NCBI GenBank assembly: GCA_033549325.1
Contig: JAWSUU010000001.1
Span: 1 to 62,648, forward strand
Direction: 5' to 3'
Length of the DNA stretch: 62,648 bases
Origin: Bacillota bacterium
GTDB taxonomy: Bacteria; Bacillota; Clostridia; Tissierellales; Dethiosulfatibacteraceae
A model generated the notes under the pieces. It did no database searches. It was not told where the DNA came from and saw only the letters and a program-made list of their open reading frames with translations. Made by a program: the position numbers and the translations under genes. Below are positions 37,121 through 45,204 of this stretch, piece after piece (positions within the stretch are counted from its first letter, which is position 1; every line of letters starts with the position of its first letter).

Positions 37121-37138
37121 TTGCATGAATCATGCCAA
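37121..37138 (-). promoter_or_regulatory. sigma-54-type (-24/-12) promoter upstream of kdd-kal
   Basis: Reverse strand: TGGCATGATTCATGCA, against the consensus TGGCAC-N5-TTGCW. The GG and GC dinucleotides are at the exact consensus spacing. Lies 33-50 nt upstream of the kdd ATG. Confidence 0.55.
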
Positions 37139-37251
37139 TAATAATTATGTTCCAATACTTGAAATTACAATGTTTCTATTTTATCATTCTTTTTAATAAT
37201 ACAACATTGCCCAATTTTTATCAAGGTTGGCGCCTATTTTTCGGCACAAAG

Positions 37252-37290
37252 GCAAAATAAAAACTCTCTGAAATTCTTCAGAGAGTTTTT
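37252..37290 (-). terminator. intrinsic terminator after hpf
   Basis: Reverse strand: AAAAACTCTCTGAA-GAAT-TTCAGAGAGTTTTTATTTT. Confidence 0.85.
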
Positions 37291-37301
37291 ATAACATGTA
37301 T

Positions 37302-37829
37302 TTAAAATTCAGGTTCTATTAGTCCTACCTGCTGGTCTTTTCTCTTGTAAATTACATTAACTTCCTCTGTATCTGCATTTAGAAATACATAGAAATTATG
37401 TCTCAGTAAATCCATTTGTAGTACTGCTTCTTCAATGCTCATAGGTTTCATCGCAAACTTTTTAGTTTTTACAATTTTAATTTCATCCTCTTCTTCATCA
37501 AGGGGTTCGATATTCTCAAACCTTATTGTTTCCTTAGTATGCTTTTTATCTTGGAGTTTTGACTTGTATCTTCTTATCTGTCTTTCCACCACATCTACAG
37601 CTTTATCTATAGAGTGGTACATATCATCCGTCACTTCCTCCGCCCTGATTATTGTTCCTCCGAAAGGTATTGTGATCTCTATAATCTGTCTTAATTTTTC
37701 TACACTTAATACAACTTTTACGTCTATATCTTTATAGAAAAATTTGTCCAGCTTTGCTAACTTTCTTTCAACCATGTCCCTTAAACTGTCAGTTACATTT
37801 ACATTTTTTCCGTAGATATCAATTTTCAT
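37302..37829 (-). CDS. hpf: ribosome hibernation promoting factor, long form
   Basis: Start moved to ATG 37829 (MKIDIYGKNVNVTDSLRD...) behind AGGGGAAG. About 175 aa with the C-terminal dimerisation domain (KPMSIEEAVLQMDLLRHNFYVFLN). Confidence 0.88.
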   Translation of the reverse strand: MKIDIYGKNVNVTDSLRDMVERKLAKLDKFFYKDIDVKVVLSVEKLRQIIEITIPFGGTIIRAEEVTDDMYHSIDKAVDVVERQIRRYKSKLQDKKHTKETIRFENIEPLDEEEDEIKIVKTKKFAMKPMSIEEAVLQMDLLRHNFYVFLNADTEEVNVIYKRKDQQVGLIEPEF

Positions 37830-37946
37830 AATGTCTTCCCCTTTCATGATTTTATTTATTAATAGTTTACCCACTTATTAGGTCTTCTAATCAATTATTT
37901 AGAATATTAATATTTTTTTTATTTTTAATTATTATGTTAACAACTC

Positions 37947-38005
37947 TGTTGATAAGCTATGTTTTTTTGTGTTTTCTGTTGATAACCTCGAAAAAGTTAT
38001 CCACA
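37947..38005. promoter_or_regulatory. cluster of three DnaA-box-like 9-mers between comFC and hpf
   Basis: TGTTGATAA at 37947..37955 and 37977..37985 (reverse complement TTATCAACA, 8/9). A perfect TTATCCACA at 37997..38005. Confidence 0.45.
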
Positions 38006-38022
38006 GGTTGTTATTTTTATTT

Positions 38023-38733
38023 TTATCTTGCTAATGTTAACCCATATATATTTTTAACTTCAACCTTTAAGAGAGATTTCGAACATTCGTTTATAGTTGT
38101 TCCCGTTGTGTATACATCATCCACAATTAAAACATTTTTATTTTTTAGATGTTTTACAGCAAAAAATGTATTTTTAAGGTTATTTACCCTATCTTCTCTT
38201 TTTAACTGGTTTTGAGCCTTTGTATCCACTCTTCTTTCCATTAGTCTTTCACATGGTATATTTAGTTTTTTTTCCAAATATTTAGCCATAAGTTCAGATT
38301 GATTATAGCCTCTTTTTCTTTTCTTGTTTTTATGAAGAGGAACAAAAGAAATAATATCAACATTGATATCATAATTTTTAATATGTTTATATAACAATTC
38401 TCCCAACATCTTATAGTAATAAGGTTTATTATTATATTTGTAGTCTTTAATTACATCCCTTATTAATCCTTCGTATTTATATGGTGAATAGATTTTTTTG
38501 AAAGATTTCGGTTCTTCTATACACTCTATACATATTTCTCCGGAAGCAATTAATGGTTTGGAACATATTTTACAATTGTTAGGTTTTATGTTCTTAAAAC
38601 TGTATAGACATTCTTTACAAATATAATCTTCTCCTATGGTTTCATCCCAGTATCCACATATAAGGCAGGAATTTTTCTCTGGAAATATTAAATCTACTAA
38701 TCCATTAAATGGCTTTTTAATTAATTTTTTCAA
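38023..38733 (-). CDS. comFC: ComF family protein (ComFC-type phosphoribosyltransferase fold)
   Basis: 236 aa. N-terminal Cys4 zinc finger (CLICG...CKEC...CKIC...CIEC) and a C-terminal PRPP loop VLIVDDVYTTGTT. Confidence 0.8.
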   Translation of the reverse strand: MKKLIKKPFNGLVDLIFPEKNSCLICGYWDETIGEDYICKECLYSFKNIKPNNCKICSKPLIASGEICIECIEEPKSFKKIYSPYKYEGLIRDVIKDYKYNNKPYYYKMLGELLYKHIKNYDINVDIISFVPLHKNKKRKRGYNQSELMAKYLEKKLNIPCERLMERRVDTKAQNQLKREDRVNNLKNTFFAVKHLKNKNVLIVDDVYTTGTTINECSKSLLKVEVKNIYGLTLAR

Positions 38734-38743
38734 TTATATCCCC

Positions 38744-40963
38744 CTAAATCAAAAAATCCTTAACCTTATCCAGTCTACCTTTAAGATTCGAATATCTTCT
38801 ATCAATTCTATTATTACTTATCATTTCTTTAATGTACTTTTTGTATCCAACTAATACTACAAGGTCCTGAGCTCTTGTAACAGCTGTATAAATTAGGTTT
38901 CTAGTCAAAAGCATTGGTGGTGCCCAAGTTACTGGTATTATAATTGCCGGAAATTCACTTCCCTGACTTTTATGAATGGTTACTGCATAGGCATGTATTA
39001 ATTCATCCAGTTGATTATAGCTATATGTAACTTCTTTATTGTCGTCAAATTCTACAATTAATTCTTGGTCTATTTTATTAACATATCTTATATATCCAAT
39101 ATCTCCATTAAATACTCCTTCTCCACTTTCTACATATCCATCTTCATCAGTTTTTTTCCAGGACATTTGATAGTTGTTTTTAATTTGCATAATTTTATCG
39201 CCGGTTCTAAAGATAATTTTGTTATTTTTTAATTCTTCTTTTCCTTTAGTCATTGGATTTAATTTACTTTGAAGGATTTTATTTAGTTCATTGGTACCAT
39301 TTAAGCTTTTTTTCATTGGTGTTAAAATCTGTATGTCTTCTAATGGTTTAAAGTTATAATGTTCAGGAAGTCTTTTTTCAACTAAACCTACAATTGTTTC
39401 GTTGATATCTTCATTGTTAGTACAATCAATAAAGAAAAAATCTCCATCTTTTTTATTAAATTCAGGCATTTCTCCATCATTAATCCTGTGGGCATTTATA
39501 GTTATCATACTATCGTTGGATTGTCTGAATATTTTGTCTAGTTTAATAGTTGGTATAATATGGCTATTTATTATATCTCTCAACACAGAACCAGGTCCTA
39601 CTGAAGGTAGTTGATCTACATCCCCCACCATAATAAGGTGAGTTTTAGGTTCTATCGCTTTTAAAAGACTATTCATCAGAATAATATCTACCATAGACAT
39701 TTCATCAACTATTATTACATCGTATTCAAGGGGAGATTCTTCATTTTTATTAAAGAACAAGTTTTTACTATCTTCACTATATGTGAATTCCAGCATACGA
39801 TGAATAGTTTTAGCTTCTCTACCAGTAGTTTCGGTAATTCTTTTAGCAGCTCTTCCTGTAGGTGCACAAAGGGCTGTTTTTTTATCCATCAATTCAAATC
39901 CTTCGATTATTCCTTTTATTATTGTAGTTTTTCCAGTACCCGGTCCTCCGGTTATTACCAGAACGTTCTCTTTAAAGGATTTTTCTATTGCTTCTTTTTG
40001 TTTTATGGTTAAAGATTTTCTTGATCTTTCTTCTATTCCCGTTATTATATCTTCAACATCTTCTTCAGGATCTTTTTCCTCAGTGAGTAGTGTTACCAGT
40101 TTGTTAGCAGTACCTGCTTCAGCATAATAATAAGGTATGTAATAAACACATTCTTCTTCATCTATAGTTTCCATATGTATCTCCCCTCTGAGGGCCATAT
40201 TAGAAATTACAGCTTCCACATATTTTTTTTCTATTTCCAAGGTTTTTTCTGCTCTTTTTACAACTATATTTTTGGGTAGATAAGTATGTCCATCTGATGC
40301 AGATTCCATAAGATTGTATCTTACACCTGCTGAAATTCTATACTCAGATTTTTTATCAATTCCCATGCTTTCGGCTATTTTATCTGCAAGTTTAAATCCT
40401 ATACCGTAAACATCTGCAGTAAGTCTGTAGGGATTTTCTTTTACTTTTTCTATAGTTTCTGAGCCGTATTCCTTATATATTTTTATACCGTAAGAGGGGG
40501 ATATGTTGTATTTTTGAAGGTAAAGCATTATTTCTTTAATTTCCAACTGTTCTCTAAAGCTGTCAACTATCTTTTCTGCTTTTTTCTCACCTATACCATC
40601 TACCTTCATTATTTCTTCAGGATGATACTGAAGAATATTAAAAGTATCCTCGCCAAATTCTTCTACTATTTTAGCTGCAGTAGCATCACCTACACCCTTT
40701 ATTAGACCTGAAGCAAGGTATTTTTTTATACCGTCAATTGAATCAGGCATTATTATTTTGTACTTTTTAACTTCAAATTGTTTTCCATATCTCGGGTGCT
40801 CTATCCACTCACCTTCTACTTCTATTTGTTCTCCTAAACTTATAGAAGAAAATAATCCTGTAAAGGTAATTACATCCTCACTGGTTTCAATTATTCCTAC
40901 TGTATATCCATTGTTTTCGTTATTGTATATAATTTCTTCAACTGTTCCTGCTATTGTATCCAT
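38744..40963 (-). CDS. recD2: SF1B ATP-dependent RecD-like DNA helicase
   Basis: 739 aa. Walker A GGPGTGKTT, DExx box (IIVDEMSMVD), HhH region, and the C-terminal SH3-like and 2B domains typical of RecD2. Confidence 0.88.
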   Translation of the reverse strand: MDTIAGTVEEIIYNNENNGYTVGIIETSEDVITFTGLFSSISLGEQIEVEGEWIEHPRYGKQFEVKKYKIIMPDSIDGIKKYLASGLIKGVGDATAAKIVEEFGEDTFNILQYHPEEIMKVDGIGEKKAEKIVDSFREQLEIKEIMLYLQKYNISPSYGIKIYKEYGSETIEKVKENPYRLTADVYGIGFKLADKIAESMGIDKKSEYRISAGVRYNLMESASDGHTYLPKNIVVKRAEKTLEIEKKYVEAVISNMALRGEIHMETIDEEECVYYIPYYYAEAGTANKLVTLLTEEKDPEEDVEDIITGIEERSRKSLTIKQKEAIEKSFKENVLVITGGPGTGKTTIIKGIIEGFELMDKKTALCAPTGRAAKRITETTGREAKTIHRMLEFTYSEDSKNLFFNKNEESPLEYDVIIVDEMSMVDIILMNSLLKAIEPKTHLIMVGDVDQLPSVGPGSVLRDIINSHIIPTIKLDKIFRQSNDSMITINAHRINDGEMPEFNKKDGDFFFIDCTNNEDINETIVGLVEKRLPEHYNFKPLEDIQILTPMKKSLNGTNELNKILQSKLNPMTKGKEELKNNKIIFRTGDKIMQIKNNYQMSWKKTDEDGYVESGEGVFNGDIGYIRYVNKIDQELIVEFDDNKEVTYSYNQLDELIHAYAVTIHKSQGSEFPAIIIPVTWAPPMLLTRNLIYTAVTRAQDLVVLVGYKKYIKEMISNNRIDRRYSNLKGRLDKVKDFLI

Positions 40964-41151
40964 CTATCCACATCCTTAAAATACATTATACATTAATTGA
41001 ATGTATAGTTAAATATTAAATTAAAAAGGTTTATAAATATTACATCAATTTAAATTTCTATTTATTAATTATTTATTTAATTATGTTAAATTACACACAA
41101 ATATACTTATATTTGATATAATGAAATAGAGTTTTTATAGGAGGAAGGTTG

Positions 41152-41898
41152 ATGGCAGGAATTAAAACTAGTAAGACTTATGATATTTTAACTTTTTATA
41201 CAGATTATAAAAATAGAATAACTCCTGAAAATCTAATTGGTCTTTTTCAGGAAATAGCTACTGTACAATCAGATGAACTAAAGTTAGGTCAAAAATATAT
41301 GTCTAATGAAGATTTATTATGGGTACTTATTAAATACGATATTGAAATAAATAGAATGCCTAAATACCCGGAAAAGATTAGACTTGAGACTTATGCGATG
41401 TACACTAGAAAATTTTATATTTATAGAAAATTTGAAGTTTATGATGAAAAAAATAAACTAATATCAAGTGCTTATTCAGCTTGGAGTTTGGTAAATAAAA
41501 AAACCATGTCTTTACAAAAAATACCATCTGAATTAATGTTAGCTTACGGCTGTAGTGAAAATACTAAAGATGAAAAAGCTAATTTTGAAGGACTCAAGAC
41601 TGTTAAGAATCCAGATTTATCAAGAGAATTTTCCATAAGATATACTGATATAGATCGTAATCATCACGTAAACAATACAAACTATATATCTTGGGCTGTT
41701 AATACTGTTCCAAAAGACATAGTGATAGATTATAATTTAGAAAAAATATCTATTATATATAGAAAAGAAGGTAAATACGGAGAAGAGGTCATAGTTGATA
41801 CTAGGGTTAGTAAAAAGGATAAAGTTATTTGCGATCATGACATCAAAACAAAAACCGGCGATCTACTTTGTCAAATAAAAACTAAATGGAATAAATGA
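41152..41898 (+). CDS. acyl-ACP thioesterase
   Basis: About 248 aa double-hotdog protein. DIDRNHHVNNTNYISW catalytic block. ATG 41152 follows AGGAGGAAGG. Confidence 0.78.
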   Translation: MAGIKTSKTYDILTFYTDYKNRITPENLIGLFQEIATVQSDELKLGQKYMSNEDLLWVLIKYDIEINRMPKYPEKIRLETYAMYTRKFYIYRKFEVYDEKNKLISSAYSAWSLVNKKTMSLQKIPSELMLAYGCSENTKDEKANFEGLKTVKNPDLSREFSIRYTDIDRNHHVNNTNYISWAVNTVPKDIVIDYNLEKISIIYRKEGKYGEEVIVDTRVSKKDKVICDHDIKTKTGDLLCQIKTKWNK

Positions 41899-41899
41899 G

Positions 41900-42349
41900 G
41901 TGATATTGTTGATTGAAAATTATTTATGGCTAATAGTAGCAGTAATTTTAGCTGTCGTGGAAGGAGCTACTCTAAATTTAACTACAATATGGTTTGCTCT
42001 TGGTGCTTTAGCTGCATGGTTAGTTACATTTTTAAACTTTTCTTGGGGTTTACAAATCGGAGTATTCGTTTTAGTTTCTGGTATTTTACTTATATTCACT
42101 AAACCACTAGTTAAAAAATATTTAAAAGTAGGTAGAGTAAAAACCAATGCTGAAGAAGTTATTGGAATGAATGCTATTGTAACGGAAGAAATTAATAATA
42201 TAGATGCAAAAGGCAAAGTAAAAGTCAAAGGTCAAATATGGACAGCTAGATCGGATGATAGCCAAATTATAAAAATAGATTCAATAGTCAAAGTATTAAG
42301 AATCGAAGGTGTAAAATTAATAGTAAGAAAATTAAAGGAGGATAATTAA
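41900..42349 (+). CDS. NfeD family membrane protein
   Basis: 149 aa. TM N-terminus plus a C-terminal OB-fold tail (KVKVKGQIWTARSD). Directly precedes the SPFH gene, which is the conserved pairing. The start could be TTG 41909. Confidence 0.8.
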   Translation: MILLIENYLWLIVAVILAVVEGATLNLTTIWFALGALAAWLVTFLNFSWGLQIGVFVLVSGILLIFTKPLVKKYLKVGRVKTNAEEVIGMNAIVTEEINNIDAKGKVKVKGQIWTARSDDSQIIKIDSIVKVLRIEGVKLIVRKLKEDN

Positions 42350-43327
42350 ATGGAGTTTTTAATCTTTTTAGTACTAGTAATAATTTTAGTAATTTTAAAT
42401 ATTAAAATTGTACCACAAGCAAATGCTTTTGTTATAGAAAGACTGGGTGGATATCAAGCTACTTGGGATGTAGGTTTACACGTTAAGATACCATTTATAG
42501 ATGTTATAAAAAGTAAAGTTTCTTTAAAGGAACAGGTAGTTGATTTTCCCCCTCAACCTGTAATAACCAAGGATAATGTAACTATGCAGATAGACACAGT
42601 TGTTTTTTTTCAAATAACTGAACCTAAGTCATTTACATATGGAGTAGATAGACCTATTTCAGCTATCGAAAATCTTACTGCTACAACTTTAAGAAATATA
42701 ATCGGTGAACTGGAATTAGACGAAACTCTAACTTCTAGGGAACTTATCAATACAAAAATGAGAAGTATATTAGACGAAGCAACAGATCCCTGGGGTATAA
42801 AAGTCAATAGAGTTGAAGTAAAAAATATCACTCCACCGGAAGAAATACAGGATGCTATGGAAAAACAAATGAAAGCCGAAAGGGAAAGAAGAGAATCTAT
42901 CTTAAGAGCCGAAGGTAAAAAAAGATCAGCTATATTGGTAGCCGAAGGACAGAAAGAATCAGTTATCTTAGAGGCGGAAGCATATAAAGAATCTGCTGTA
43001 AGAAGAGCCGAAGGTGAATCAGAAGCTATCCTCAAGGTTCAGCAAGCAAAGGCTAAGGGTATAGAAATGATTCGACTTTCAAAACCAAATAAAGAAGTAC
43101 TTACAATTCAAAGTATGGAAGCTTTTATTAAAGCTGCTGACGGTAAAGCAACAAAAATTATAATACCTTCAGAAATACAAGGTATTGCAGGTTTAGCATC
43201 ATCACTAACAGAAATAATGAAAAAAGACAGTGATTACGAATCTTTTTCGACAGAAAACGAAGAGGAAACAGAATCAAAAGAAACAATGACAGAAGAAATG
43301 AGAAAACTAAAAGAATTAGAAAAATAA
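42350..43327 (+). CDS. SPFH/band-7 (stomatin-like) protein
   Basis: 325 aa. N-terminal anchor, SPFH core, and a coiled-coil AEGxK repeat region. ATG abuts the nfeD stop. Confidence 0.85.
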   Translation: MEFLIFLVLVIILVILNIKIVPQANAFVIERLGGYQATWDVGLHVKIPFIDVIKSKVSLKEQVVDFPPQPVITKDNVTMQIDTVVFFQITEPKSFTYGVDRPISAIENLTATTLRNIIGELELDETLTSRELINTKMRSILDEATDPWGIKVNRVEVKNITPPEEIQDAMEKQMKAERERRESILRAEGKKRSAILVAEGQKESVILEAEAYKESAVRRAEGESEAILKVQQAKAKGIEMIRLSKPNKEVLTIQSMEAFIKAADGKATKIIIPSEIQGIAGLASSLTEIMKKDSDYESFSTENEEETESKETMTEEMRKLKELEK

Positions 43328-43347
43328 ATAAAACTAGATATAAGTTT

Positions 43348-43377
43348 AGATAGTCTCTAAAGGCTATCTTTTTTTTG
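43348..43377 (+). terminator. intrinsic terminator after the nfeD-SPFH operon
   Basis: AGATAGTC-loop-GGCTATCT followed by T8. Confidence 0.7.
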
Positions 43378-43473
43378 AAAAACTTAAATAAGTTTAGTTA
43401 ATTATGTTTATGTTTTATCAATTTTATAGTATTGTTATTATATAATATATATTTGGAGTTATAGGAGGTTTTT

Positions 43474-44010
43474 ATGGATTTTATTTTGGGACAACCAAAA
43501 ATAGTTCTTTATGTAGTTATTTTTAGTGCTAAAATTTTCGAGGTTTCCATAGGTACTCTAAGAATTGTTCTGGTAAGCAAAGGCCAAAAGGCAAAAGCTT
43601 CGCTAATAGCTTTTTTCGAAAGTATAATTTGGGTTATGATTGTAAGTACAGTTCTGGTAGATATTACCAGCGATCCTTTTAAGGTAATAATATACTGTGC
43701 GGCGTTTGCAATAGGAAACTATATAGGTGTGACTCTAGAAAATCGATTGGCTATGGGGCTTTCTTCAATACAGGTAATAACTGATTTAGAAGAAGGAAAT
43801 GTACTGGCTCAACTTTTACGGGATAATAATTTCGGTGTTACCGTAATGAAAGGTGAAGGAAAGGAAAAAGAAAAAGAAGTTCTTATTCTTCACTTAAAAA
43901 GAAAGAGAATTACAGAGGCTGTTAATTTAATCCACTCTCAATTAGAAAACGCTTTAATTACAGTTAATGAAGTTAAAGTTGTAAGAGGTGGGTATATCAA
44001 AAGAAAATAA
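43474..44010 (+). CDS. UPF0316 / DUF2179 family membrane protein
   Basis: 178 aa. The N-terminal FEVSIGTLRIVLVSKGQK pattern and a C-terminal DUF2179-like soluble domain. Confidence 0.7.
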   Translation: MDFILGQPKIVLYVVIFSAKIFEVSIGTLRIVLVSKGQKAKASLIAFFESIIWVMIVSTVLVDITSDPFKVIIYCAAFAIGNYIGVTLENRLAMGLSSIQVITDLEEGNVLAQLLRDNNFGVTVMKGEGKEKEKEVLILHLKRKRITEAVNLIHSQLENALITVNEVKVVRGGYIKRK

Positions 44011-44012
44011 TT

Positions 44013-45042
44013 TTAAATATAAGGCAAAAGACTTTTCACATCAATAAAAGTGCGATAATCTTCATTTAATAATATATCCGATAAGTCGATTATAGTGTCT
44101 ATAACTGGGGTCTTAACCCCTTTTATTTTGCCTAAATTTGAAATAGGTGCAAGACCATAAGGTATATCCTCTTTAATGTATCTAGTATTTAGATTTGATG
44201 GTGCCAATCCATCCTTGTGTACTGAACTTTTTGATAATGATTTGAAAAGATTTGATTCTTCGGATAAATAAGTGCTTTGCATAATATCTTTCAAGCTCTG
44301 AAGTTCTATACCCCAAGCTCTTCCTACATCTATTCTTTCCTTATCTATTCTATCTATAATTCCAGCTATGGTTTCTGTTATACCTTCACCGTAAAAAGTC
44401 AAAATTACCTTTTTGATTTTCTATTCTACCTAGATTAAGTAGTAATACCGCTGGGTGAATAATAGGATTCATATTTAAAAGTTGGATTTCTAGATAATTT
44501 TCTTTTATATAAAATATATCCCATAATTCATTCAATATAGGAAGTATTGATTTTGATGATTCTCTGTCTAATGAAGCTATAAATACTTCTTCCTTAATCC
44601 CTTTAACAATAGTAAGGTTATCATTATATTTTCTGCAGGGATATATAAACGAACTAGTTCCTACAGCTTTAATCAGCCCTTCCTTTTCTGTACCGGTTAT
44701 CATATTGTTTAATTCCCATACTCCGTAGTTATCCGGAAAAAATACTATACTTATACTCTTATCTATATTAGAAATCATTTTATCTAGATATTTTTTTCTA
44801 CAAAAAGCAGGGACAGTTATAAAAATTAAATCAGCATCCATCATTGCTCTGTACATATCATTTGTAATTAAAGAAATAGTTCCTTTTGTACATAAGCTTC
44901 CTTTTATACTTACTTCCCAGTTTTTTCTTTCTCTATTTAACTTTTTTTCTTTAAATATTTTAACCTTATTCCCTTTACTGGCTAAATAAGCTCCTAGAGT
45001 AATTCCAACGTTACCTTCCCCTAATATACAGTATGTTTTCAT
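44013..45042 (-). pseudogene. NAD/NADP octopine/nopaline (opine) dehydrogenase family gene, split by a frameshift
   Basis: Two overlapping ORFs (45042..44386, Rossmann N-half GEGNVG; 44402..44013, C-half) together give a normal protein of about 345 aa. The frames switch at a coding-strand T5 run (44393..44397). Removing one T reads ...GRIENQKGNFDFYGEGITE... Confidence 0.7.
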
Positions 45043-45120
45043 TCTTATCACCAACTTTTAAAATAGTTATTATAATTATATCAAATAAATAATAATATTA
45101 AATAGAAATATAGTTAAATC

Positions 45121-45149
45121 TTGACTGAATTTTTAAATTCGTATATACT
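45121..45149 (+). promoter_or_regulatory. sigma-A-type promoter of iorAB
   Basis: TTGACT (45121..45126), 17 nt spacer, TATACT (45144..45149). Confidence 0.6.
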
Positions 45150-45161
45150 ATATTTATAAAT

Positions 45162-45177
45162 GATATGTCAACATATC
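45162..45177. promoter_or_regulatory. perfect 16-bp palindrome just downstream of the ior -10 box (candidate operator)
   Basis: GATATGT-CA-ACATATC, centred about 20 nt after the -10 hexamer and before the RBS. Confidence 0.45.
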
Positions 45178-45204
45178 TATTATGTTAATATAGGAGGTTA
45201 CACA

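Noticed and set aside
37089-37258. Possible lysine riboswitch (L-box) upstream of the lysine-fermentation genes kdd-kal.
   Set aside because: The region is too short and AT-rich and lacks the conserved L-box helices and GAGGCGC/AGAGAG-type cores. A sigma-54-type promoter 33 nt from the ATG leaves no room for a riboswitch.
37947-38005. Reading the DnaA-box cluster as the chromosomal origin (oriC).
   Set aside because: There are only three boxes. No dnaA, dnaN, rpmH or gidA-type origin-flanking genes are present. Gene orientation does not switch here. It is more consistent with a secondary DnaA-box cluster or a regulatory site.
37934-38215. 93-aa + strand ORF spanning the comFC-hpf intergenic region.
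   Set aside because: It has hydrophobic low-complexity composition. Its 3' part is antisense to comFC and its 5' part covers the DnaA-box cluster. No RBS is present.
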